From contig OZ024743.1 of the NCBI GenBank assembly GCA_964016885.1, positions 3,782,001-3,846,000 of the forward strand: a stretch of DNA of 64,000 nt, read 5' to 3'. The position numbers and the translations under genes are program-made. Below are positions 27,437 to 40,646 of the stretch, one piece after another. Position 1 is the first letter of the stretch. Each line of letters opens with the position of its first letter. The DNA is from Eledone cirrhosa. Taxonomy: Eukaryota. The notes under the pieces are model-generated. The model saw nothing but the letters and a program-made list of their open reading frames with translations, did not search any database and was not told the origin of the DNA.

Positions 27437-28490
27437 ATTCACCGTTGAAACGGTGTGAGTTCAGTTATCGGGCACTAACGTTTCACTGTACATACACTCT
27501 ACTTTCCTAAGTATTGAGTACTTAGCTGAATATGGTCTTACTAGTCTGATAACTTACAATCTCTCTTTCTCCCTCTCCCTCTCCCTCTTTCTCCCCACCC
27601 CCATCTCTCTCTCTCATAAATAATAAACATACTGCGTTTGTACTAATGGTGAAGTTTACTTCAAACTTCAATGCATGTTGGCATAGTGGTTATAGTGAGA
27701 GATTGATTCCAGTGCAGATGCAAAATATTGTGGTCAGATTTTGAAGCCACAATGTGGGAATGTGCTTTGAAGTTCTACTGGGAACATATATTTGTATAAC
27801 CTCTCACATATCGTATTTTCCCTATTTTAATGAAACCTAATATCTAAATATTTCTAACATAAACACAAACGCACACTCACGCTGACGCTGACTCAGACAC
27901 ACACACACATGCACACCATATACATATATTGATTAAATTCAGGATAATATTTACATTCGGAAATACAAGGTGTAGAACTGTCACCAGTTTTACTAGATCT
28001 TTCTGATATAAAAAATAACTTAATCAACAATCATGATGAATGGGGAGAGACAAAAACGAATCGAAAAATGTTGAACATTTTAAAATGTTTAAACGGATTA
28101 AATATATCAGCATTTGTTTCCATTCAATCTGTTAAATAAACAATGAATAACTACAAGACTACAATTAATTGAAATTCCACTGCACATACATCGGCAACGG
28201 CACCTGGGAAGCTCAGAGTTTATGATAAATATTGCTAAATGGGTAGAAAGGATGATTAAAATATTGGCTATATATTTCATATTAGAAGTTCAAATCTTTA
28301 GGTGGTTTATAGCAATATTTGGTGGAAGTACCCCTTAGACAAATTGTATATTCTGTGAAAATTATGTGAGAATTGTGTACAATTCATATATATATATATA
28401 AACAAAGAAGGTGTGGTAAGATACCGAGTGGACCATAACACACCAGAGTACTCAATACTTAGGGTAGTAGAGTGGGTAATAGGAAAAGAA

Positions 28491-28629
28491 TCAGGACCCC
28501 GACGGCTGAGCTCCGGCCGTTTCCACATCTAGATCCAAATGGGAATCTAGATTCCCGCCGTTCTAAAATTGTTGGCTTAGTTCGGATTTAGCTGTGGAAA
28601 CGGCCGGAGCTGAGCCGTCGGGGTCCTGA
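28491..28629. repeat. GC-rich inverted repeat with about 37-bp arms
   Basis: tcaggaccccgacggctgagctccggccgtttccaca / tgtggaaacggccggagctgagccgtcggggtcctga, one mismatch. Confidence 0.9.
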
Positions 28630-28636
28630 CACTTCT

Positions 28637-28740
<104 letters not shown>

Positions 28741-28847
28741 ATTAGTATATCTACCAACATATGTATACAGATGTATACCCATGCTAGCAAATATATATGT
28801 TATGTCCTAGTACCTTTGTGGTTCTATGCAGGGGGATGCAGAACAAT

Positions 28848-29118
28848 TATATGAAAGACGTAAAATAAGAAAATTTTAAAAATTAAAAATTAACTTACTA
28901 AAATTTTCACTCCAACTAATTAGTTTCTGTAAGGGAATAAATATAGTTACGTAATGTAACTATAGAGAAGCTGAGAATAGACTCCCTGATGACGTAAGGA
29001 CTTCTCTATAGTTACATTACGTAACTATATTTATTCCCTTACAGAAACTAATTAGTTGGACTGAAAATTTTAGTAACTAAGTTAATTTTTAATTTTTAAA
29101 ATTTTCTTATTTTACGTC

Positions 29119-29127
<9 letters not shown>
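28848..29127 (+). mobile_element. Fold-back PLE pLTR remnant (arms 28848-28970 and 29001-29127)
   Basis: Near-perfect inverted repeat with a 30-bp spacer, containing a hammerhead motif and ending in (TA)n. Confidence 0.75.
28981..29062 (+). ncRNA. Type I hammerhead ribozyme motif
   Basis: actcc-CTGATGA-cgtaagg...ccttaca-GAAA-ctaattag-TT-ggact; the inverted arm reads ggagt, giving a perfect stem I; stem III is palindromic. Confidence 0.75.
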
Positions 29128-29188
<61 letters not shown>

Positions 29189-29360
29189 GGTTCAAGAGTA
29201 AACCAATCTTAAAGAGAGAGATAGAGATAGGAGAGGAGAAGAGAGATTGGTGAATTTGTTAGAAGCCAAAAGCGTAAAGGCATATGCTCAATGTGCAATA
29301 TGCAGTGGAAGGCAGCTAGATGGCTGGGTTCATGCAGAGATTAGGTGCACAGAGCTGGAA

Positions 29361-29483
29361 ATATTCATTAGTTAAGCAAAACTAGACCACAAATTTCACA
29401 AGGAAGACGTTATTTAAAGTGTCAACATAGTTGCAGTTTAATGTAAGGAATAAGAAGTGTAATTATAGTTTAATGTAAGGAAT
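29361..29483 (+). repeat. Left arm of long-range inverted repeat (partner 40851-40975)
   Basis: atattcattagttaagcaaaac..cacaaggaagacgttatttaaa..tttaatgtaaggaat is the reverse complement of 40851-40975. Confidence 0.9.
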
Positions 29484-29497
29484 AATAATAATAATAA

Positions 29498-29610
29498 TAA
29501 TTGTTTCTACTTTAGGCACAAGGCCAGCAATTACCAGAGTGCATTACTGGTACTTTATTTTATCGACCCCGTAAGGATGAAAGGCAAAGTTAACCTCGGC
29601 GGGATTTGAA
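29498..29610 (-). mobile_element. 5'-truncated SINE
   Basis: SINE 3' half with (AAT)n tail at 29481-29500. Confidence 0.9.
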
Positions 29611-29911
29611 TAAAAATAATAATAATAATGCTTTCTTTATTAACCACAAGGGTTTACATAAAGTAGACATTAAGGACAGTACTGGACAATACAGGACGGC
29701 ACCAATGGGCATTTCTGCGTGTAAAAAAAAAACAGAGGATGTAATAAAAAATAACAATGAGAAATTCCCCAATAGGGGGATGACTTCCGAGGGACATTTG
29801 TGGAGAAAGCCCATTAAAAATGCCACAGTGACCCTGACCACCAGGGCAAGTGCCCTCTCCCAGTTTTCCACCTTTAATTTACAGACACATACTCAGAGTA
29901 GGCCCATTCAC

Positions 29912-32335
29912 TCAGAATAGGCCCATACTTGCTTCTCTCACCCATCTTTCAACAAAATGCTGGGAAGAGAGCACTTCCCTCTCTACCCTGATTTTCCTTT
30001 TCAAATGAAATTTGAAAAAGTTAATCAGGGCATCACCGAAGAGGTAAGTGCACGTCTTCAGCCCTTTCAAACGTGTCCACCATACTATCTCTTTCGCCAT
30101 GGCCACCAGACAAATAAAAACTGCTTGCCCTTCCCGGCTAGAGGAAGAGGGTGGGGCAATCCTCACGATGGACTGAGCTGATAGCTGGATCCGTCCTACA
30201 CGTGACAGCAGGTGTTCAACATAAACCCATAAGTCAGCAATGCTCGGACACTGGACGAATGCGTGCAGGACGGTTTTGTCGCCCTGCGCGCGTCTCGGAC
30301 ATGCCCGGTTGACGGCACCTCCATGCCTGTAGAGTTTATCCCGAACTGGCAAAGCTCCTCGGTTGCACTGCCAGGCCAGGGATTTCTGGAAGTTGTCCAT
30401 AGGCCCCGGCCCGAAAGTCCTTCCGAAGAGATTGGCTAGTTGATTTTCGTCGACGCCTAGAGTTTCTCCAAATACGCCGTCACTCTTCCCCTCCACTAAT
30501 CTTCTATAGAACGCCAAGGTGGAGTTTCCACAGATCACATTGCCCGATTGGTCGAGGGCTGTGAACACCTGTAGACATTCCAGTCTCCAAGCGCTCCCTC
30601 TCGGTCTCAACGTCTCCAGTTTGTGCAGAAATGGCTCGAGAGTCAATACGTGCAAGAGGGACGAGAGGGGAAATCCTTGGCGGACCGAGCGCATGATGTT
30701 GAACGGTTCCGAAAGGTGACCTATCACTCTCACCACAGAGCAGATGTCGCTGTGTATGGCAGCGATCCAGCCTCTGAAGACGGGCCCAAAGCCAGCCGCC
30801 CTCAGGACTGCCGCTAGGTAACGATGGTCGACCCTATCGAAAGCTTTCGACTGATCTAAATTGATCAAGGACCCACCCGTGCCAGGTTCCCTAGCTACCC
30901 TCTCTACGATGTATCGCATGAGGTGGAGGTTCGTAAAGTTCATAGGGCAGACCATCTAAACCAGGCGATTTACCCCTTGTGCAGCAGTCATCGCCTCCCG
31001 TACTTCAGCGGCTGTTATCGACTTTTCGCAACACTCCGCCTTAGTGGCCGAGAGCCGCGGCAGTCTGTCGAGGTAGACACTAAAGTCCATCACTCGATCC
31101 GGCCCGCCGCTGCCACCGAACAGCTGTGCGAAGTGTTGCTGAAAAGCTTCACCCATTTGTCCGGGATCGAGTAGCATGCGCCCGTCGTGGTCCACCAAAG
31201 ACCGTATCGTGGCTTTGTTGCCACGACGCGCGTCCGCCACTCAGGCCCATTGAACGGCTTTCGTCCCCTCGTGTCTGAGAGCACGCACCTTAGCTCTGAC
31301 AACGCAGCCTTCGTGCTTTGCATTGAAGAATTGGTCAAGGGCCAATTTCGCCGCAAGTACGTCGGTCGCGATGCCTTTGCTAAGCGCCTCGTCTAATTTT
31401 CTAACTAGTTCTCCCTCTGCTCTATTTTTCTCTATTGCTAAAGCCTTACTAAACCTAATGGACTCTATTCTAATTGCTCTTTTCAGATCAAACCACCACT
31501 TGTTGTTGACGATGGCCCCCGTCAACGCCCGCTTAACTAGTTCGCTAATCCTGTCTCTGTAGGCCTTGCGCACTGGTAAGGACGCGTTTAGCTTCCAGTA
31601 GCCGGGTCCTCGTCTATGAAGCCTATCTAAGTCAAGCACACAGATCACGAATTTGTGGTCCGTGTAGCTGACTATCTTGAATTGTGGACAGCCTATGCTA
31701 GACCTATCTATTTCCCTACAAAATACTCTATCTAGATATGATCTGGATGACCCTATGCGATTTGTCCAAGTCCACATTGGCACATTCGGGATATCCAATC
31801 GGTATCTGTCAGACAGTTCAAAACGCCTGAGCAGGTTGGTGAGACTCTTGCACCCTCCTCTCCTATCCGCTAATCCCACACAGTCCCAGCGTGCATCTAA
31901 GATCACGTTCCAGTCGCCCACTAACACTAAAGAGCGCGACGTTCCAAGAAAGGTCTCCAGACGCCGGAAGAAATGAGGCCGCCCTGCTCCTGTCGGGGCA
32001 TAGACGGCCACTAGCCTGAAAGATTGCCCGTCTCCGCTGGTCACGTCTAGCACCACCAACTTACCTTCTGGGTCCAGGAAGATGGCCCGTATGGCGAGTT
32101 CCAAACCTCTCCGAAAAAGCACAGCAACTCCTCCCCCCGATCCCGGACGGCTGGGAGATGCGTACACACCGTAGCCGCCGAAGATCGGTGCGAAGGCCTG
32201 TGCTTCAGAGATTCTGGTCTCGCTGATGGCCACTACATCTATGTTTAGTGACCTGAGGTCGTTGAGCAGGTGACCCTGCTTCCATGACGACCCCAAGCCA
32301 CGCGCATTTAAGCTGCCTATTCTGAGTGAGGTCAT
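29912..32335 (-). pseudogene. ORF2 (APE endonuclease + deleted RT + C-terminal Cys domain)
   Basis: NARGL, SET, VYAP, GDWN, YLDR and TDHK APE motifs in the 364-aa ORF; LDQSKAFDRV and VRQGFPLS RT motifs; no YADD region; frameshifts. Confidence 0.9.
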
Positions 32336-32369
32336 GTTGAAATGGAGTGGAAAAGATAGGAAAGTCCAC

Positions 32370-34321
32370 TTACCTTACTTCTCGTAGAGGAAGGACGGTT
32401 TCTCCATCCTTTTCACTGCTTGTGGCCTCCTCAGGAAGGATGTCCTTATAAATCCTCCTGGAGAGTGCTTGTCGGAAGTCTCCGATGTCTTTGGGGAATT
32501 TTTGTTTTAGTGTCATGTACGTTTCTGTGTGATGCGAGTGATTTGTATGTGTGGAGGTGGTGTGAACTTCTGGGTTGTTGTGTAGTCTTTTTCTGTGATG
32601 CTGGTGCTGTGTTGCATGTAGTGTAATAATTGGCTGTTGTTCAAACTTAATGCTGTGTAGTGTGTATCGTTTTGGTTGTTTTGTTTTGTTTGCGTTTGTT
32701 GAGGGTTTGTTTCTGTTTCGCGTTTTGGTGACTTTTGTGGTGTTGGTGATCGTGGTGTTGGGGTTAATGATGGTGATGGTGTTGATGTTTGTGGTGATGG
32801 GGTTGGTGATACTGGTGTGGATGGTGGCATATCTGTCCTAACTTTTTTGTTTGATAGCATATTTGTTTCCCTCTGTATTTTGTTTTTGGAGGGGGAGGGA
32901 AGAGAATTTTTTCTTTTTTGGTTTCTTTTTTTCTTTTTTCCTGATACTGTTTGCCACTCCTCGTCGTCACAATCTGTCTCCAGTTGTGATAGGCCGGGGA
33001 GTGGAAAATCCGCCACAGGCGTTGGTTTTGGTTGTGGCGTGGTGGATGGTGTAGGCGCTGGTGCTAGTTCTGGCGCGTTGGGTGGTGGTGGTGTTGGTTT
33101 TGCTACTGTTACTGGGGTTGTTGCTGTTACAGTTGCTTCTGTTGTTGCTGCTACATTTGTTGCTGCCATCTCTGCTGCTGGTGGTGTTGATGGTTAAGTC
33201 ACTGGGGTGGGTAAGAGAGGTGGCCTCAACCTTTTAGCCTGAGGGCAGAAAGCCCTTAGGTGGCTTCCTTCACCACAAACGACACACCTTGGCCTTCTGC
33301 CCTCGACGATTACGGTGAGGTGGCTGCCGTCAGTGAGGTCTATTACCTCTGGTATCTCCTCAATGCTTTTTTGGTCCGCTTGGATCAGGAGCTCCATCCC
33401 AGATCCGGACCAGTTCTACTGCTTTTCTTTCGCTATTTCGATTATCTTGGTGTTGGCTTCGATGCCGGCGAGAACGGCAGCCATTAGCCAGGGAATTTCG
33501 ATGGCCGGTGGATCGTCGGTCACCCTGATCTTTACGAGTCTCTGGCCACAATAGCTTGGGACGAGTGTGAAGTCGTCACTTCTTAATGGGACCATGGAGT
33601 GTTCTCTGGCCTCCTGTGGTGTTTCAAAGAACACGTCCACGGTTCCATATTTCTGCCCACGTCTGATGTGGGGTTTTTTTGCCCACACATGTCCCAACTC
33701 TTTTTGGATTTGGGACTCGGATGCCCGTTCCACTCGGCGCAATTTTATGTTAATTGTTCTATAAGACACAGTGTATAGGCCCGATGCTCCATTTTATTAG
33801 GTGTGGCGTGTTAGGCTGACCCTGTACCCATCTTTCTTTACCATTGTTTTGGCTTCTTCTAATTCCTCCTGAGTTACCTGAAATGCTTCGCACTGATTTG
33901 TTACTCTGGCAAAACTCAGGGTGGTTTTCTTAATTTCATTGTTGTTGTTGTTGTTATCATTATTTTTGTTATTGTTAATTTTAGTTTCAGTTGTGGTGGT
34001 GGTGGCGTCAGTGGTGTTCGGTGTGGAAGAGTTCATTTTGGTTGAATTCATTTCGATATCACGAGTTAGTTTATTTTTTTCTTTTGTTCCTGTTGTCGCG
34101 GTGGTGGTGGGGGTGGTGGTTGTCACGGTGGTGTTGGTGGTGGTGGCGGCTTTAACACCTGCAGTCATTGGTAATAGTGGGAAATGTATGTCTGCCTGAG
34201 ACAAATTAAAAATATTGCTACTGCTTATATTTTTAGTGTTGGCAAACGTAGCAATATTTACAATGGTGGTGTCGGTGTGAGGTGTTAGTTTGTGAGGAAG
34301 GAGTGACGCTGAGTCATCCAT
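32370..34321 (-). pseudogene. ORF1 (gag-like) with stops and frameshifts
   Basis: CVVCGEGSHLRAFC is CX2CX4HX4C; Thr/Pro/Lys-rich low-complexity flanks typical of Tx1 ORF1. Confidence 0.8.
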
Positions 34322-34558
34322 GATTTTTCAAAGAAAAATTTTTTGTTTGATAATTATAAAAGTTTAAATTTTGGGCTCAAAGCCCCAATCTTTTTGGGTG
34401 TCCTTTTCAGATAACAATGTATGTGCACTTATATACAGTTAACAATAAAAATTTTCCATGAATGGCAATTTTAAACAACTGAAAATAACAAACCTTTGCG
34501 GAGCTCACGATGGTACGATTTACTACGTTGGTCGCCAATAATAATAATAATAATAATA

Positions 34559-34621
<63 letters not shown>

Positions 34622-34624
34622 TCC

Positions 34625-34746
34625 GTTTACAATTGTTTCGCTACTCCATTTAATGTTTCTGGATCAATTGATTATAGATCATTATTGATCTGATTCAGAT
34701 GAAGATAAGTAACTTAGGTAAAAATTATGTAGCGGCTCTTCAGAAC
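34625..34746 (-). ncRNA. Type I hammerhead motif (inverted arm copy)
   Basis: Reverse complement of 35555-35673 with a small indel in stem II. Confidence 0.7.
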
Positions 34747-35554
34747 TTCAAAAAAGATAATGAAAATATTGATAAAGATACGATGGAATAAAGAATATAA
34801 AATAAATAAAGAAAGATGGTTACATGAATGTAAAGTTCCATATAATGGTATTTCACGACGGTGTCCTGGATCTATCTATTGTCTGCTATAGGAAAGCATT
34901 ATTTTTCTGTCGAGGCTGTATTAAGCGAGACCTACCTATGCGTAACCAAATGGCCACCTAAGGATATTTACCTTACTAATTAGAGACGGGTTTCAAGGGA
35001 AGTAACTCCTTGAGAATTTAGAAATTGTAGGTGATTTAACTCTATCACGACCACAACCGATTAACGATAGAAATGAGATAAATATTAGCTGTCAACATCG
35101 AAGGGCAAATTCCTTCGCCAACAGAATATTCGACCCAACATAGTCATCTAATCTCACTTTTACATATAGCTAACATGTTAAATATTTAACCTAGACTTGG
35201 ATAGTTATAAGTTGCCTTCCCTTCACTGTCTCCCACTTAAGCTCATTAGCACTTCTTAGCTATAAATCACCTACAATGTCTAAATTCTCAAGGAGTTACT
35301 TCCCTTGAAACCCGTCTCTAATTAGTAAGGTAAATATCCTTAGGTGACCATTTGGTTACGCATAGGTAGGTCTCGCTTAATACAGCCTCGACAGAAAAAT
35401 AATGCTTTCCTATAGCAAACAATAGATAGATCCAGGACACCGTCGTGAAATACCATTATATGGAACTTTACATTCATGTAACCATCTTTCTTTATTTATT
35501 TTATATTCTTTATTCCATCGTATCTTTATCAATATTTTCATTATCTTTTTTGAA

Positions 35555-35673
35555 GTTCTGAAGAGCCGCTACATAATTTTTACCTAAGTTACTTATCTTC
35601 ATCTGAATCAGATCAATAATGATCTATAATCAATTGATCCAGAAACATTAAATGTAGCGAAACAATTGTAAAC
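35555..35673 (+). ncRNA. Type I hammerhead motif with long stem II insertion
   Basis: gtt-CTGAAGA-gccgctacat...atgtagc-GAAA-caattg-TA-aac; palindromic stem III, GUA cleavage triplet. Confidence 0.75.
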
Positions 35674-35680
35674 GGACATT

Positions 35681-38600
35681 ATTATTATTATTATTATTAT
35701 TATTGTTCTTTGAGTCTCAGTCATTGATGTTAGTTAACTGGAAAGTTTGTTGAAATGAATATAAAGCCACTACCCGCAGCCTCAGATTCAGATATTCAGG
35801 ACATATCGGAGGGTTCTTGCTGTTCCGAGCAAGCATGCCTTTTGAAGCGTTCCAAAAAGCGGGGCGGGGCCAATTTTCATTAACCATCCCTGGAAACTTT
35901 TTGAGATAGTACCTAGTGCGCCTATGACAATCGGGACCACTTTGACTTCATGGCAGTTCCAAATCCTTTTTACCTCCCACTTTAAGTCCTGGTATCGGTT
36001 AATTTTCTCCCTCTCCTTCACTTGCACTCTCGTGCCGAACGGGCAGGCCACATCCACAATCAGGCACGATCTTTTTTCCTTGTCCAAAACCACCAGGTCA
36101 GGTCTATTGTGTTCCAGTTTCTTGTCCGTCTGTATCCTAAAATCCCACAGCACCTTCACCTGATCGTTTTCTATCACCGACTCTGGCTTATGCTCAAACC
36201 ACTTCTCAGAATGTGGTAAATTGTTTACTTTGCATAGGTGCCAGTGGATCACCCTGCCCATCACATCATGTCTCCAGCCTTTATAGTGAGTCTGGGCTAG
36301 GTGTTTACACTCGGATACAATGTGAGCCACAGTCTCCTCTCTCTCTCTTCACAGATCCTGCACAGTGGGCTAGCCTCCTCCTTGTAAATATGGTGTTTCA
36401 ACCACTTCGTTTTGAGGGCCTCCTCTTGTGCAGCCATTAGCATTCCTTCTGTAGCCTTTTTAAGGTCTCCTCTTTTCAACCAGTTCCATGTCTGTGGATC
36501 TCTGAATTCAGTTTTCTCAAAGAAGGTACTATGAAGGGATTTTTCATGAAAGCTGCTCTTTCTCCTTGTTCTTATTTCCTCCTTGGACATCCACTGGTCT
36601 ATTGTCCTCTCCTTCAGTACAATTCTGAGCATTGGCTCCTTACTATCAGTCACGTATTTGTGTAGGTTGTTTTTCTCCCTCTGAACATAGTCCTCTATGC
36701 TGATAAGACCTCTTCCACCTTCAGATCTCCTTAAGTAGTGTCTATCGACATCACTCCTCTTGTGGAACATGTTGTAGATAGTCAATAGCTTCCTAGTCTT
36801 CTTATCCATTTCTTTTTATTCAGCAAAATTCCATCTCAGAACTCCCGCACTGTACCTAATAATAGACACAGCTCGGGAATTTACTGCACTTATGGCATTC
36901 ATACTGTTCAGATGTGACTTTAATACGCTCCTTACTCTCCGAATGTATTCAGATCTTATCAATTCCTTCATTTTTCTGTTCTTGATGTCATCAGCCTCCA
37001 GAACACCCAAATACTTGTATCCTTCTTCAGTGTCAATTTCCTTTATCATCTCACCTGTTGGTACCTGGATTCAGTTGCTTCTGCTCAATTTACCCCTCTT
37101 CATCACAAGGACTCCACACTTACTAATACCAAATTGCATACATATATCATTGCTAAAAATACGGACAGTGTCAACAAGCACATCCAACTCCTTCTCACTC
37201 TTCCCGAAGAGCTTAAGATCCTCCATGCAGAGGAGTTGATTGATGGTAAGCTCTCCCTTTTCCAACTTGTATCCTGCCCTCACTTTTCGCAGTATAATGG
37301 TCAGGGGCATCAGGGCTAGGACAAACAACAGAGGGGACAGACTATCTCCCAGGAAGATACCTCTCTTGATCTTCACGCCTCCCAAGGATTCTCCAGCTGA
37401 TGTTAACTCTGTTTTCCAGGACTTCATATTTTTGCCCAACAACTGTCTGATGTTACCTGCCACCTTGAAGATCTCTAGGTTTTTGGTGATCCAAGAATGA
37501 GGCACCATGTCAAATGCCTTTTTGTAGTCTATCCATCCCATGGCAAGACCAGTGTGTCTCCTCTTGCAATTCCTCATTACCATCTTATCAATAAGACTTC
37601 TTTCGGCATCCTTTCTGTTCGTCCGGTAACAAGTTGTTTGTGTGGAGGTGATGGTAGATTTCCTCAGACCCAATGCTTGTCAACAGTTTCCACATTACAG
37701 ACAGACATGTGATAGGTCTATAGTTGGTAACATCATTACCCTTGATTCGGTCTTTCATTACCAGAACTGTGGTACCTTTTGTCAACCACTCTGGTACCTC
37801 ACCTGACATCAAGCAGTCATTGAACATGGTTGTCAGTTTCGGGTGGAGGGATGTTATATTTTTAATCCAATACCCCTGCACACCATCTAGGCCTGGTGAT
37901 TTCCAGTTGGTTAGTTCTTTGGCCTGCCCCTTAAGAGTTTCAACTGTGATACTCAAATCAGTTTGTTGGTGTACCTGTTCACTAATCTCCTTTTGTACTG
38001 TCTCAATCCACACTGCCTGGTCATTATGTTTAACATGCTGCTCCCATATTCCTCTCCAGAATGTTTTAGTTTGTTCCGCCTCAGGGATCAAGTCGTTGCC
38101 TCTTTCTTTCCCTTCAAGCTGTCCAAACAGCATTTCTGGTTGTTGTCAAACATGCAGTTCTGTCTATACTGACTGACTCTGCTCTCGCATCGCCTAATGC
38201 TTGCACTCTTTGCTACAATGCGTTGCTTCAGTTCCTCTATGATAATATTTAGCTTTTTCCTCCTAGTTTTGTACTTTATTTCCAGTCTATTTTTAGTGTC
38301 TTTGTTTTTTAGTGTCCCATTCAGTAGGGACTCAAGCTTTCCAATATCATTTCTCATTTCCTTGATTTGACCACTCAGTCGTTTCTTCCACCAAGGGTCT
38401 GATCTTTCTTGTTTGTTGTTTCCTCTCGCTTTTATACCAAGTAATTTCCTCACCGCATTTGCTGTTGCTTTGAGGATATTGTTTGTTGCACTGGTGAAGG
38501 CTCCTCGCCTCAAGGTATGGGATGACTTTGTTTACCTTAGCTGTTGTTTCTTTTAACTTTTTCCTGTCTACAAATCTTAGGTTCATAGGTTTCCCACTAT

Positions 38601-39300
38601 CATTGTTCAATTCATCTACCACTACGTTTAGGATATCAACCAAATCTTGTCCTAGCCCGTCAGCATTCATCTCCTCAATGGCCGTATCTTTGTTCCAGGT
38701 ATTATTTATTTCAGCATTCAGATCATTGTCTGCTTCGGATGGTTCCTCCGTTCTCTCAACCTCTTCACCTTCATTTCCCAATGGCTCGTTTGCCTGGCAT
38801 ACTCCACTCTCCATTTCCAAGCTAATCTCTCTGCTCAGCTCCTCCAGTTCCAGCTCGCTTATCCACCCATTAGTTCTTATTACCCGAGCCTGCCCGGCCA
38901 ATTTTTGTTCATCTAATTTAAATAGACCAATCTCGATCCAGATGTTATGCATCCGTTTCCTATAGCCTTTCTCCTTGGGGTTACTCTTCAGGTAACATTG
39001 CATAACAGTTCTATTCAATTCTTTCGTCCAGTGGTTCTGGTCGCTTTCCTTCTTCTTCTTCCTCCGACACCAGCAGTATTTGGTTGACAGCCAGGTCCCT
39101 GCTGCTGAGCCAGGGAGCACCTGCTGGGTGAGAGTCTGTCACATGACATTCTAGTCTCCATTTCACCGTTATTCGAACTGTTTAGGTTCGACATTTAAAC
39201 ACTCTTATCGAGGATTGGTGAATGTATGGTTACATAACCATAGGTGATTTCATCACTCCCGCTGATTTTTGTGTGGCACTATCACGCTGTAGACGAACAT
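35681..39300 (-). mobile_element. Near-full-length R4/Dong-like RLE non-LTR retrotransposon with (AAT)n tail
   Basis: Single frameshifted ORF at about 39194-35788: WKSPGLDG, NYRPITCL, IDYKKAFDMVPH, GIFLGDSLSPLLF, CMEDLKL (decayed YMDD), YKYLG, CCHC, RHD, RPDLV..DVACP..K; 5' boundary approximate. Confidence 0.9.
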
Positions 39301-39584
39301 AAATAAACAAACAAACAAACAAACAGGCACAAAAACCCTCAAAAGAATAAGCATAAATTTCATTCTAATGTAATGTTTGAATGTCTGACTTAGTTTTTCC
39401 CTTCCCTTCTCTGTCCGTCTGTTTGTTTTTCTCTTCATTTTTCTTTTTTTTTCGTTTTTCGTTGTTGCTGTGCTGCTTTGATTTTGATTTTTGGTTTTTT
39501 GATTTTTTGACCGGGTCATCAAATCAGTCTATTTATATATTTTGATGCCTTCCTCTTTTAGTGGGGACACGGCGATGCATGTCT

Positions 39585-39735
39585 TAGCAGGAGCTAGTGG
39601 GAGAGAATAGAGGCGGTAGTGATAATGAGGCAGTGGTGGTGGTGATGGTGGTGGTGCTGTGCTAGTAGTACTTAGCAGGAGGTAGTGAGAGAGAATAGAG
39701 GCGGGAGCGATAATGAGGCAGTAGTGGTGGTGATG
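39585..39735 (+). repeat. Two tandem copies of an approximately 87-bp purine-rich unit
   Basis: ttagcaggag.tagtg.gagagaatagaggcgg.ag.gataatgaggcagt repeated. Confidence 0.8.
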
Positions 39736-40646
39736 TGATCGTAGTACTGTAGTGATGGTGTTGAAGTTGAAGTAGAAATAGAAGATGAGGTAACTTGACT
39801 AGAATTTTTAGCGTGGTAGTGGTGGTGGTGTTGGTGGTGAAATTATCTTCTCTGTCCACTTAGCTATTTAGCTATTTAGCTATTTAGTCATTTTGCCATT
39901 TTCCTCCTTTTCGACTCTAACATTCCTGATCCAAAATTAAATATTAATATTGTCTAGTGATACCGCCACCTTCCCCTTTCGTAAGTTAACAGAAGGTAAT
40001 GGGGGAATAGCGGTGGTAGCAATGAAGGAGTGGTGGCGGCGGTAATGGGATAGTGGTAGCAATGATGGATGGAGTGGTGGCGGCGGTGACTATAGTGATG
40101 GCGTTGTCGTTACTGAGTTTTGTTGAATAGACTGTTTGTTTGATCGGTGTATCTATGCGGTTTGTCGCGTATATTTAATATATGTGTTGACATATTTTTC
40201 TTAATATTGGAATTAAACATTTTGTGAAAACTTGAGACAATAATAATAGTAATTATTATTATTATGCTGGGATTGGTGGTGGTGGCGGTGAAATTGCCGT
40301 TATCTGGCTGTTGTATTTAGTGTACACAGAGGGGTGATGGGATAGGTGGTGTATCTAGTTTGTGGTGTTGGTGAAATTGCTGTTATTTGGCTGTTCTATA
40401 TAGTGTAGACAGAGGGGGTTTTCTTCCATTTATAACCATTTTCTTTTTTGAATATAAAATGTATAATACAAAATTAAATATTTGAGCGATATAACAGAAT
40501 ATTATGGATCCGAATTTTCTGATAGTTGAGTCTGGTGCTTTATGTATCATTTGTACTAAGAATTGTTATTTCACAATTGATTTAAATATGTTAAAAATCA
40601 AAAACTTACGGGAGCGATTTCATGATCTTCTATCCACCACGTGCGT

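Larger units (their letters stand above)
29615..34537 (-). mobile_element. Near-full-length Tx1/L1-clade LINE with internal RT deletions
   Basis: 5' UTR, broken ORF1 with a zinc knuckle, ORF2 with APE and partial RT, 3' UTR with AATAAA; (ATT)n at both ends. Confidence 0.92.
34620..35680 (+). mobile_element. 5'-truncated Penelope-like element: inverted pLTR + ORF end + pLTR
   Basis: Arms 34620-35038 and 35263-35680 differ at only a handful of sites; spacer 35042-35143 encodes INDRNEINISCQHRRANSF..stop, like the PLE C-terminal motif LN.R.E....C.H; hammerhead in each arm. Confidence 0.82.
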
